A stretch of DNA of 56,065 nucleotides from Paraspadella gotoi (lineage: Eukaryota > Animalia > Chaetognatha), in NCBI GenBank assembly GCA_051294375.1, contig CM119271.1, positions 6,178,335-6,234,399 of the forward strand, read 5' to 3'. Shown here piece by piece: positions 10,894-22,298 of this stretch. The position numbers were made by a program, and so were the translations under genes. Below the pieces are notes generated by a model. It did not search any database. It was not told where the DNA came from and saw only the letters and a program-made list of their open reading frames with translations. Numbering within the stretch: position 1 is the first letter of the stretch; the number at the start of each line of letters is the position of its first letter.

Positions 10894-11634
10894 AGCGCAG
10901 ACCCACACATACCCCTCACAAAAAACNNNNNNNNNNNNNNNNNNNNNNNNNCCCATTTACCCGACATATTTTCTGTGTTTTCCTTGTTTTTCTTTCCTTG
11001 TTCCTTGTAGTTGTACCCCCATTGTCCATTAGAGAAAAGCACCCTATTTCATTACCAACAATATTATTTAAAATCAGTTAAATTCAATTACGGGATTATA
11101 TTTTACACTATAGCCTGTCCAAAGTCAAGGGCAAGATTTAATGTTTATTTGGTTGTACCAATTTCATACCATATTAAAATCATGTCATCTCATATCGATT
11201 CACTAAAAAAAACGACGCATTAAAAGACCACAACCGAGCTTTTTTTTAAACCTCAACGTGGACAAAGGCCGGCATAGACCGTCGTATCTTGAAAAAAAAA
11301 TAAGCAAGAGTTAATTAAACGGAAGAAAAATAAAAGTAGAGGCGCGCAAAACGATAGAGAAGAGACTGAAACCGCGAAATTAGAATTCTCGCGCTGAAGG
11401 CGAAAATTACCTGCCACCTGGGAACGGAGAGAGTAAGAGAGGCTGTTAAGGGAAGACAGAAATAGGAAAAAAAAATTAAAATTTAATATCGCGACTTCGA
11501 GGCTGCGATGCAAAGAATTTTTTTGGAAGATGAAAACAATCCGACTCCATAAAAAGAGCGACGTAATTAAATTGCAAAAATTTTTTATGAATCCTTCCTC
11601 AGTCGTCGTTTTGTATTGCAATGATTAATACTGG

Positions 11635-12176
11635 GAGGCCCAGCTCTTTCGGGACTAACAGAAGAAAAAAAGGGACTATATTTGGAAACTGGGCTATTTT
11701 CTCTTTCAATCGATATCAAAATTGTCTGAAAAATGTCGCGGAAATTGTAAATAATGCTTTTTGTATAGCAAGTCATATTTTTTTACGCCGGTTCCTTACA
11801 AAATTTTGGGAAATTTGAGCAAAAATCGAAATGATGGACGATGATTTCTGACTTTTGACTGCGCAGGTTTTTTTGACTGCAATCCCCCTGATTAATAAAA
11901 ATGTAGGATTGAGAGGCAGAATGTCCCACGCATCCCCTCAACAACTCTTGACTTTCTGACAGCAGAAATAACGGCATTTCTAACGGGCGCGGTCGTAAAA
12001 GCATATGCCGCCTTCTCTGAACCCTCGGAGAAGGTCGTGGTTGCCGAAGATGAATTTTTTTTAATAGACTGTTGTTATTACAATTCTTTACATGTATACC
12101 AATTTTCTAATCATAATTCGTTTATTTACCCATCCAAAGGAATTGTTTTCATTTAGTCCCAAAAGAGCTAGACCTC
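11635..12176. mobile_element. MITE / non-autonomous DNA transposon with 24-bp TIRs
   Basis: Left end GAGGCCCAGCTCTTTCGGGACTAA (11635-11658); the reverse complement of the right end (12153-12176) is GAGGTCTAGCTCTTTTGGGACTAA, a 21/24 match. About 540 bp with no transposase; the TSD is unclear. Confidence 0.7.
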
Positions 12177-12627
12177 TATAATATAATTGTATATAATCGC
12201 AATTGTCGACGTTATGTTGCTCAATCGTCAATCTCGTGGCGTCTCGCTTCTCTATTTCATCCTTTTAAATCATTTCTTTTCTCTTTTGCCTTTCCTCTCT
12301 TTCACTACTTCTCTTGCTGTCCCCTCTCATTCCCGCCATAATTTCTCCCTTTCTCCCTAACGGTGTCACCTTCTCTTTTGTCAAACGCTCCCAAGAACGA
12401 TCTCTGGGTTTCGCGCTTTCAATGACGCCGAACTTGGAATCACGAAGGCAACCATCCGATTACTGAAAAGAAGAAAAATCTTACCCCTTTTCCTTATTTA
12501 GCCTTTTCCACCAACCCTCCACTTTTTGGTTTACCCTAAATTCTTATTTCCATTTCCACTAGACTCTTCGACGACCACGCAACCTCTTTCGCTTAATCCT
12601 TCGATGCCCTTATCTTTTTTCGTACCC

Positions 12628-13200
12628 TGTTTTCCATTTCCCCCTTTTCCATTTCCCTTTTTCCATTTCCCCTTTTTCATTTCCCTTTTTCCATTTCCCC
12701 TTTTTCATTTCCCTTTTTCCATTTCCTCTTTTCCATTTCTTTTTTTCCATTTCCACATTCCCTCTTTCACTTTCTTCTTATAAATTCCCTCTTCAATTTA
12801 TTCTCTTCTTTTATTCTTCCTTTCACTTCCCTCCTTCTACTGCCCGCCATTCACTCCCCTCTTTCCACTCCACTCCTTTCACTCCCCTATTTCCACTCCC
12901 TCCTTTCACTCCCCTCTTTTCACTCCCCTCTTTCCACNNNNNNNNNNNNNNNNNNNNNNNNNNNNNNNNNNNNNNNNNNNNNNNNNNNNNNNNNNNNNNN
13001 NNNNNNNNNNNNNNNNNNNNNNNNNNNNNNNNNNNNNNNNNNNNNNNNNNNNNNNNNNNNNNNNNNNNNNNNNNNNNNNNNNNNNNNNNNNNNNNNNNNN
13101 NNNCCTCTTTCCACTCCCCTATTTCACTCCCCTCCTTCCAGTCCCCTCCTTCCACTCCCCTCCTTCCATTCCCCTCTTTCCACTCCCCGCCTTCCACCGC
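12628..13200. repeat. Pyrimidine-rich 14-15-bp minisatellites (TTTCCATTTCCCCT; TTCCACTCCCCTCT) spanning a gap
   Basis: Directly visible tandem units on both sides of the N-run at 12938-13103. Confidence 0.8.
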
Positions 13201-15752
13201 TAAAGGTTTTTTTCGTCGAGAGGCGTCAACGGATTTATTGTGAAAAACTCGGTCGAAGGTCGGAGAGGAATTTCCGAAGAAAAGAGAGTGCCGAGAGAGA
13301 GGAGAGGAGGGAGGGAGGAGAGGAGGAAAGAGGGTGGAGAGGAGGAGAGAGGGAGGAGAGGAGAGAGGGGAGAGAGGCATAGGAAGAAACAGAATTAAGA
13401 AATGAGCAGAGAAGAGACAAGAAGAAATAACAAAACACATGTTAGAGGGAGGAGAAGAAAATTGAACTCTGATGAAGACAGAGGAGTATTAAGAGAAACG
13501 AAAAGAGAGAGAGAGAGATGACGAGAGAGGAAGAAGAGAGAAGAGAAGTGAGAGAGAGAGAGATGAAGAGAGAGAGAGAGGAGGAAGCTTCTTGTCCTGT
13601 GGGTGAGGACATCGAAAACAGTAGCCGTGCTCGACCTCGCGGGAGGGGGGGGAGGCGTGTGGAAACCGTTAGGGAAAGGCGGAAAGAGGGAGAGGAGGAG
13701 AAGGGTCATGCGCGGGCATTGGTTTATGACTTGCCTATCAATGGGAGAGGGCAGTGGTGAATGGATGGCTTTTATTTTTTTTGGAGGGGAAAGAGGAGGG
13801 CTGGGGTTTGTTCTATCATCTTCTCTAGAGGAGCGTAGAGACGGCAGCAGGAGGTGCTCTGCTTTTGGGAATCGGGGGGGAAATGAAGCGAGGGTTAGGG
13901 TGATTACCTCGCCCCCGAAAACAAAAGGGGCAACGGTTGTTGCTTTGCGCAAAGGTCGCCGCACCGCGGAAGAAAAAAATTGAAAAATTAAAAATAAAGA
14001 AAATCTTTAAAAAAAAAAAAACTAAAAAATTTGGGCGGAGATTGATTAGAGTTCGGGTCGCGCAGGTAAGGGCGGATATGACCAGTTAAAAACTCGGCAA
14101 AGGAAGAAAAGAAAAAATCTCTCGGGGTTTTTTTGAGTTCGAATTTGCGGTCTCAGGTCCGCGGTTTTTCGAAACACAAAAACCGTCGAGAGAAGAGAGA
14201 AGAGATGACGAGAGAAGAAGAGAGAGAGAGAAGAGAGAGTGAGAGAGAGAGAGAGATGAAGAGAAAATTGAGGTCCGTAAAGTGCGTGGCATAGAGGTTG
14301 CCATGGTTGATACAGAGGCGAGGAGAGACCGAAGGGAAATAGAAAGAAGAAAGAGAGAGGCGGGTGATAAGAAGAGAGGTGAGGAAAACGGGACCAAGGG
14401 CGGGAGGTAGTGGGGGGAAAATATGGGCGAGGGGCGGGTGAGGGGGGCGGAAGGAGATTTGAAAGGTGAGTAGCAACCGAAATCGCCGAAAAAAGAAAAG
14501 GAAGCGATTTTGGCAGAAAGAATCGGAGCGCCGGAAACTCAAAACGACGTCAGTAGAGATTGGCAGAGATTTTTTTTTTTTTTTTTTTTTTTTTTGCACG
14601 CCGGAGAACCAGAGGAAGAGAGTAATCCAAGCTGCCGGAAGCGGTGGCCCGCGCGTTGCGGCGGCGGCTGCGCGGCTGCGGCTGGCGCGCGGCGTTTGGC
14701 GGACGCCGCGAACGAATCTTTGGCGTCGGATGGGAGGCGAAGAAACAAGGAATTTCTATACGTACATATGGCTAAACCCGCTTAAATGATTAGTTTGTGT
14801 AACGTTCGTCGTTTTTATGTACAAATTAATATTTAAGCGATTGTTGTTTTTTTTTAAATATGGTTTCCATCCTAAAAAAAAAATCGCTGAACACAATAAC
14901 GTCCACAAATTTAAAATAAAAACTTTCATTTTCTTTCTTTTCTTTTCTTTTTTTTTCTTTCTTTTCTCTTTTCTTCCATTTTTCATCTTTCCCGACATTC
15001 CAACTCTGTTTCCTCTTTATCTCTTAAAAAAAACAATTAAAAAAACAAAAAACAAAAAAACAAAACAAAAAAACAGCCGTGGGTCAGAGTTCAAAGGTTA
15101 ACGTCCAACCGACTAAATAAAAGTATGAAACGTTTCTTCGACTTTTGAAGAAAAAAAAAACACAACCTTTTCTTCGCCCCTGGCCAATGGCCTAGTGTAA
15201 ATGTTAGGAACCATAATGATAATATTTACTCATGATTTTCATTGGTATACTTATACTTTTCCAATTTGCAGTGTCCGCGATTTCTCCTTAATTGTTGAAT
15301 TTTATAAAATTATCTTTTTATTTTTCGTGCCATCAGTGCAATTAGTCTTGCTCAATGCCCATTTATTGTTTGAATGTCAAATTGTTTCTTTTAATTGTTT
15401 TATAGTTTTATATTTTTATCGTCTTAACTGTCAAATTGTCTCTTTTATTTCAGAAAAACAAAATTTCTTCGCCCCTCACACGCAGTAAACTCTCACACTA
15501 TAAGAGAGGACGAATTTTATATATTTTTTTTCCCGCGGTCGTTCATCACGAAGTCACGTGATCACCGCATCACGTGATCCACCGATTTTCTCATCCTCGT
15601 CTTTTGTTTTTATTTTTTCCTTTTTTACATCCCGATTTCTTTTTTAAATTTTTTTTTGTGTGTGTTTTAGTCTTTCACGGTAATTTGCATACGTTTGCAT
15701 ATTTCGGTTTAGGGCGTTTTCGTGGGTTTGTGAGAGAGAGAGAGAGATCGAA

Positions 15753-15791
<39 letters not shown>

Positions 15792-16246
15792 AGGGGAAGA
15801 CGAGATAGGAGGAATGAAAGAGAACGACTGAGAGAGAGAGAGGAAATATAGAAAGGTTCTGAAGGAGAAGAGCAAATAGAGAGAGAGTCAAAGGAAAAAA
15901 GCGAGAGAAGGTCAGAGAGAACAAGAGAGACAGTAGAGGGAGTTGGGGAAACTATGAGGAGGGAAAGAAAGATTAAAAAGAAGAATAGAGAGAGAGACAC
16001 ACACACAGAGACAGAGAGGTAGAGCGAACGTTTCTCCCCTCGCGACGCCGTCGCTGTCGCCGCCGTCGCCGCCCGCCTCGTTCGAAGAGATGGCGGAAGC
16101 GTCGGCGTCGCCATCTTGGCCGCGCTTCCTCTAGCGCCTCCCCTCTCCCGAAGGCGCGTCTTTATTACGCTCGTTTATCAGTCGAAGGAACCGCGTTTAC
16201 TGTTTACCCTCCAAAAAATGCGCAGAGATTTAACGCACTTCCGGGA

Positions 16247-16284
<38 letters not shown>

Positions 16285-16731
16285 CGGAGAGGACGAGGCG
16301 TGGAGAGGAAAGTCCGTTGACTCCACGAAAGCGTGGAAAGGCTTGGCGAGGGGGGGGAGAGGAAGAGGAGGAGAGGAGGAGAGGAAAGTGGAGGAAGGGG
16401 AGGGGGCGATGGCGAGAAGATGTTTGGTCATTTGCGCCTGAATAGATTAGTCCAAGAAAAAGTCGTTCTTCGTTCAAGATTTGGATAACTTGAGACATTT
16501 TTTTACTAATTAATTAAATAATTAGTTAATCATCACTTAGGTACGTACGTACATAATAATTCTTAATATATTGTAAACCTTGCATTTCCGATTAAATTCT
16601 CGTGGCCATTGCTGTGGAATCTGAATTTCAGAGAGGCGAAAAGATGTCTGTGGTTTAATAATTGAGAATTGGACGGCATAATTACAACGAATAATGTCAA
16701 TTTCAAACTTGCAGTCGATTTATTATTTAAG

Positions 16732-17005
16732 AACTAGAACGGTTAATCTAATGTGTTGCGCCGTATATTTATGACACGCATTGCATCGGAATCTTGTCTT
16801 TTGTTCTTTATAATTTTAGGATTTCCTGAAGGCAGCGCTAGCAGTCACTTAGATTTGAGTTTTTTTTCTGTCCTAACAAATGAGCAATCAACTATATGCA
16901 TTTTTAACGTAAGTGGGACAGACCGTCGGACAGACCTACCGACCGATGGACCGACCGACAGACCGACCGATGGACCGACCGACAGACCAACCGAAAAGTA
17001 ACCGT
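16732..17005. mobile_element. Second, end-truncated copy of HINE-like family A
   Basis: AACTAGAACGGTTAATCTAATGTGTTGCGCCG matches the start at 1083; the core TTTTAGGATTTCCTGAAGGCRGCGCTAGCAGTCACTTAGATTT..AACAAATGAGCAATCAA is shared; expanded (GACC/GACA) tract at about 16917-16992; terminal hairpin missing. Confidence 0.7.
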
Positions 17006-19095
17006 AAATGAACAAGGAAAACAGTATGGAAGACGAGTTCAAGTGTCATGTGCTCATTTAAACGAATCGTTCCTCAATTAAAGAAAAATTCTCGTGGGAA
17101 TAAAAATTTTATTCATCAAGTGATATATTACTATTTATTTCAACTTTTCACAAAATGTTTATTTTACGTCCGGCCCCCCGCTCGACCCCCTACCTCGCCC
17201 GGCCTCCCCAAGGGCCGCGGATATTTTTATCGTCGCCATCCGCGCCTTTTTATATCCGGGCAGGTGCGGCAGATGCCGCAGGTGCTGCAGCAGGAATTCG
17301 GTCGCTCGAGTCCGCGCTTGGCGGCGGCGGCGTCGACAGCGTGGTTACGGGACGAGAGGGCGGGAGAACGACGCTTCTCCGTTCGGGTTCACCGTTTCCA
17401 TGTCAACCTCCCGTCGTTGGAATCCGTCGTCACGCTTTTCTCATTTTTTCTTCCAGCCGGGTTCAACCGGCGCCGCCGACCGACGCGGCAGCTGCTGCCG
17501 AGTGAAAAAAAAAAAAACTGCAGCCTGCTGCCGCTTCGCCTCGGTTGTTGCAGCTCCGTGGCACCAACCCAAAAAAACGAGTTTCACTTTCTTTCCTTTC
17601 TGCCCCATGAAGGAGGAGGAGGAGAGAGAGAGAGAGAAGAAGAGAGGAGAGAGAGGAGAGAGAGAGAGAGAGNNNNNNNNNNNNNNNNNNNNNNNNNNNN
17701 NNNNNNNNNNNNNNNNNNNNNNNNNNNNNNNNNNNNNNNNNNNNNNNNNNNNNNNNNNNNNNNNNNNNNNNNNNNNNNNNNNNNNNNNNNNNNNNNNNNN
17801 NNNNNNNNNNNNNNNNNNNNNNNNNNNNNNNNNNNNNNNNNNNNNNNNNNNNNNNNNNNNNNNNNNNNNNNNNNNNNNATTTCAGCTTTAAACAAAGATT
17901 AGCTTCCCGTCGTTGGGACGACAAAGTTTGATCGATTCCATAGGCGCGTGGTGACAGGTTGTACCCACTTTCCTACTTTGGCGGCGCACATTTCACAACC
18001 GCCGCGCCCCCCCCGGTCTCAGCCGGCTCTTTATTTCCGATACCACCCGGCTTTCGTCTGCCGCGTCATTCTTCTTTATTTCCACAGTATTAAAAGTATT
18101 GACAGAATTGTAAAATTAAAATATAAGTACGGTCATCTGAGCAGAAGTAAAACCTTTTTAAAAAAAATATTTTATATGTATATTTTTTTATTATCGGTGA
18201 CAGACGGAATCAGAAAAATCGTTTTGGTTTTTCGCCCACTTGTCATCATGTGGAAAAGTTGAATAAGTATACTATCTTTTCTGTGCTCATAATGCTTTAA
18301 AAGTTTAAAGACACAAATTGCGTTACTTTCGTGATAATCCTAATTAAAGTAGCTTGAGGAATACGAGCGGCTTTCCCCTCCGCCTTGTTGTCACTGGATG
18401 CGTTGGATGCCCTTCTAAACTCGCGCCATAACCCATGACTTCCCTCCAAGGCCTCCAGCCCGCCGAGCTCACCAACCCCCCACTTTCCGACTCCCTGTCT
18501 CGCCCCTCTCCTTCCTGGAGGCCGCAGTAATAAACGCCCTGATTTATCCATCGCGGATAAAAACGCGCGGGCAAAGAAGCGGACGCGAGAGAGAAAAAAA
18601 AAGCGGATTATAGACGAAAGAAGCGGAGAAAAAAAGCAGAAAAAAAAAGCATCGAGATTTAAAGGCGGAGAAGAAAAGAAAAAAAAACGGAAAGCAAATT
18701 TAATCGAATGAAAACGAGAGAAGGAAAAAAAAATATATAGGAAATTGTGGCCGAAAGAAAAAAAGTAATAAACAATAAGAACAACAACAACAACAAATAA
18801 CGACGACGACGACGACAACAACAACGACTGAATGCAACAGAAAATATAAGGGAAAAGATAAAAGGCAGAAATGAGAAAGAGAATTTTGTCAAAGTTTATA
18901 TTTTTTTCTGCATGATCGCAAAAAGTAGTTTTTTTTTTTCACGAGAGAATTTGCCGGCTAAAGCCGACTTCTGTTTGTTATAGTTGAACGCCATCAGGTG
19001 GGAAACGGCAAAACACATTAAAAAAAACTTGGGGGGGGGGAGAAAAAGGGGAAAGAAAGTAGGAAAAATGATCAGACTATAAAAAAAGTTTAAGC

Positions 19096-19414
19096 AACAA
19101 CAATGCCGGATCTGCCCACGATCATTAGCGGAAAGCGGCGAATTAAATATTTAATCTATTAATTAGTTGATTAATTAATTAATTTTTGATTGAATCGTCC
19201 GCTTGGAAATGAGTTTAAATGCAAAAAAAACAACAAATGTAAAAAATTACAATTGAATCGCTCCATTGGACGGACATCGAATTTTTTTTTTGCCTAATTT
19301 ATAATAATTCGATGTTCTGAAATGATTCAAGTGAAATGATTTTTGGTTGGGACCGACGGACCGACAAAGTGAATTTTAGTGTCGGAATCTACTGCGAGCA
19401 GATCCGACTAAAAA
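19096..19414. mobile_element. HINE/DINE-1-like element, family B
   Basis: Subterminal IR CGGATCTGC (19107-19115) / GCAGATCCG (19398-19406); terminal hairpin GTCGGAATCT..AGATCCGAC followed by TAAAAA; short GACC tract at 19351-19365; related copies at 36241-36304 and 54507-54549. Confidence 0.55.
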
Positions 19415-19655
19415 GCAAAAAAAAAAAGAGAAAGAAAAAAAACCATGGCAACGCAAAAAAAAAAAAAAGAAAGAAAGAAAAAAGAAGGAAAAAACAGAGA
19501 AAAGAGGAGAAATGAAAGAAATATGGATGCATAATAATAAACAAGAGGAAAGAAATATTGGCTTCCCCCGAAACTCCTCTTTCACTCAAACAGAAAATAT
19601 AAAAATCGCGTCGACCCTCTTGCGCTTTTGCGGGGAGGAAAGAGGGAGAGAAAGT

Positions 19656-19792
<137 letters not shown>

Positions 19793-20107
19793 GGAGAGAG
19801 AGAGAGAGAAGGGGGAAGTGAGAGAGAAAGAGAGAGAGGGAGAGAAAGAAAGAAAAGAAAGAAAACGTATGTGAGATTCCTTCTCCGTCATTGTGTTGAT
19901 TTAATAGTATGAAAGGTTAAATTCAAACATTTCTCATTTATTAATTTATCATAAATTAAAATAGTCAAATTACGATTGTTTTTCTCTGTGGTGTTCTTTT
20001 CTACCCTCTCTCTCTCGCTCTCTCTATTCTCACTCTCGCTATCTTTCGCCTACCATTTCTTTCCTTTCCTTCCTCGTCCTCTCTCCCTTTCCATTTTCTC
20101 ACTCCAA

Positions 20108-20143
<36 letters not shown>

Positions 20144-20504
20144 NNNNNNNNNNNNNNNNNNNNNNNNNNNNNNNNNNNNNNNNNNNNNNNNNNNNNNNNN
20201 NNNNNNNNNNNNNNNNNNNNNNNNNNNNNNNNNNNNNNNNNNNNNNNNNNNNNNNNNNNNNNNNNNNNNNNNNNNNNNNNNNNNNNNNNNNNNNNNNNNN
20301 NNNNNNNNNNNNNNNNNNNNNNNNNNNNNNNNNNNNNNNNNNNNNNNNNNNNNNNNNNNNNNNNNNNNNNNNNNNNNNNNNNNNNNNNNNNNNNNNNNNN
20401 NNNNNNNNNNNNNNNNNNNNNNNNNNNNNNNNNNNNNNNNNNNNNNNNNNNNNNNNNNNNNNNNNNNNNNNNNNNNNNNNNNNNNNNNNNNNNNNNNNNN
20501 NNNN

Positions 20505-20537
<33 letters not shown>

Positions 20538-20587
20538 AAGAAAACAGAAAGACAAAGAGACAAAGAGACAGAGACAGAGCGACTGAC

Positions 20588-20695
20588 CTGCGCGCCCTCG
20601 CTGAGAGTAATGTTGCTGGGCGGGGCGACGATGTGAGCGCCGCCGTCGAGAACCACGCGAATCAACTTTTCCGCCATCCCGACTCGGTTTTCCGC
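20588..20695 (-). CDS. tutl: Internal exon of Turtle/IGSF9-like gene (end of second Ig domain, start of third)
   Basis: Pyrimidine-rich ...ctccccccgcAG acceptor; 108 nt, phase 0-0, AENRVGMAEKLIRVVLDGGAHIVAPPSNITLSEGAQ; GTCAGT donor. Joins both neighbouring exons in frame and resembles Turtle ARN.EG.VSHTA.VIIAGGAVIMVPPTNQTKLEGEK as I recall it. Confidence 0.88.
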
Positions 20696-21220
20696 CTGCG
20701 GGGGGAGGGAGATCGTCCTCATTTATTGTAAATAGTCATTGTTAATACGATTAATTAATTAATTAATACGATTAAGTGGTTCAGGTCTCCTTTTTAATAA
20801 TAAATCATGCATGGTTGTTTTTGCTTGGTTAACGATTTTGATGAGTTAATAAAATATTTAAATTGACTCAATGATATTTGGACTCGTCGTGATAAGGAAC
20901 TTGTTTGAAGAATAGAATACAGTTGAGGTTGTCAAGTCAAGTCAATCGTCCCGTTTCTTCTCGTTAAGGCTCAAGTAAATAAAAGAAAATATTTTTTCTT
21001 ACCAAGTACATCAACTTTAATATCAGTTCTAGCAAACGAGCTTTGATAGGGAAAGCATGAATCTGATTTCGACGAAAGCATGAATGAACCTACTAGTTTT
21101 CATCGAGACGTTAAAATTACATATTGTACCGACACGGACGGCCGAACGTACAAGATTCCTATTTTTTTTTTCCTTCGTGCGGACCGTCGTCGCGGCGACA
21201 CAATCGCTCGCACGAATCAC

Positions 21221-21305
21221 CTGGCAACGGTAGACGCCGCCGTCGCCGGCCGCCACAGCTCCGACGATGAGTTCCCCTCGAGGATCGACGGTGAGACGCG
21301 GCGTG
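21221..21305 (-). CDS. tutl: Partial exon of Turtle/IGSF9-like gene (second Ig domain, strands D-F); 5' part lost in the gap
   Basis: TPRLTVDPRGELIVGAVAAGDGGVYRCQ with the canonical Ig DxGxYxC motif; GTGATT donor, phase 0; the upstream end runs into Ns at 21306. Confidence 0.85.
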
Positions 21306-22207
21306 NNNNNNNNNNNNNNNNNNNNNNNNNNNNNNNNNNNNNNNNNNNNNNNNNNNNNNNNNNNNNNNNNNNNNNNNNNNNNNNNNNNNNNNNNNNNNNN
21401 NNNNNNNNNNNNNNNNNNNNNNNNNNNNNNNNNNNNNNNNNNNNNNNNNNNNNNNNNNNNNNNNNNNNNNNNNNNNNNNNNNNNNNNNNNNNNNNNNNNN
21501 NNNNNNNNNNNNNNNNNNTACTCGATAAAACGCTTTTCGGGTCGGAGTGTTGATTTATTGTATATTATGTTAATCTATTTGTTTCTTTACTTTATCTTCT
21601 CATCAATTTATCTATTTATTTATTTAAAAATGAAAAAAATGGGGGAAAAAAAAACTAATATCGGTGAATATTTGAGTCTCAATCCAGAATATGTTATTGT
21701 TACATTCGTAAAAATTTCTAAAGGTCCTTTAACAAGCTAGCGTTATTAATTTTTCTCCAATTAATCTCGATTAGCTTGAAAAAAAAAGTTACAAAGTGCA
21801 TCAATAAATTTTCATAGGATTTTTTTTCTCTTATCACTCGGCCCCGCCCTTGAATACCGGGTAGCCAATCTCTCGNNNNNNNNNNNNNNNNNNNNNNNNN
21901 NNNNNNNNNNNNNNNNNNNNNNNNNNNNNNNNNNNNNNNNNNNNNNNNNNNNNNNNNNNNNNNNNNNNNNNNNNNNNNNNNNNNNNNNNNNNNNNNNNNN
22001 NNNNNNNNNNNNNNNNNNNNNNNNNNNNNNNNNNNGAGAGAGAGAGAGAGAGAGAGAGTCAGCCGTCAAGGTCAGGCGGAAACGGAAAATTGAGAATCGA
22101 AAGAGACTGAGATTTTTGTTTGTTTGTTTATCTAGAAACTTCTGCGAATTCAAATACAACCGGTTTCATCTTAGATGAAAAATTAATCATTTCGTTTTAA
22201 GTCGCGC

Positions 22208-22298
22208 GTTTAATGTTTAATGTTTAATGTTTAATGTTTAATGTTTAATGTTTAATGTTTAATGTTTAATGTTTAATGTTTAATGTTTAATGTTTAAT
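22208..22298. repeat. (GTTTAAT)13 heptamer microsatellite
   Basis: Perfect 7-bp tandem array. Confidence 0.97.

Noticed and set aside
17048-17620. Long plus-strand ORF (284 aa) as a gene
   Set aside because: It has no recognisable domain, and its length is inflated by a GC-rich patch, an AG tract and a gap.
18344-18574. Minus-strand NQGVYYC motif as an extra Ig exon
   Set aside because: The surrounding residues do not fit an Ig fold, the acceptor is poor, and the flanking exons already join in frame into a continuous domain.
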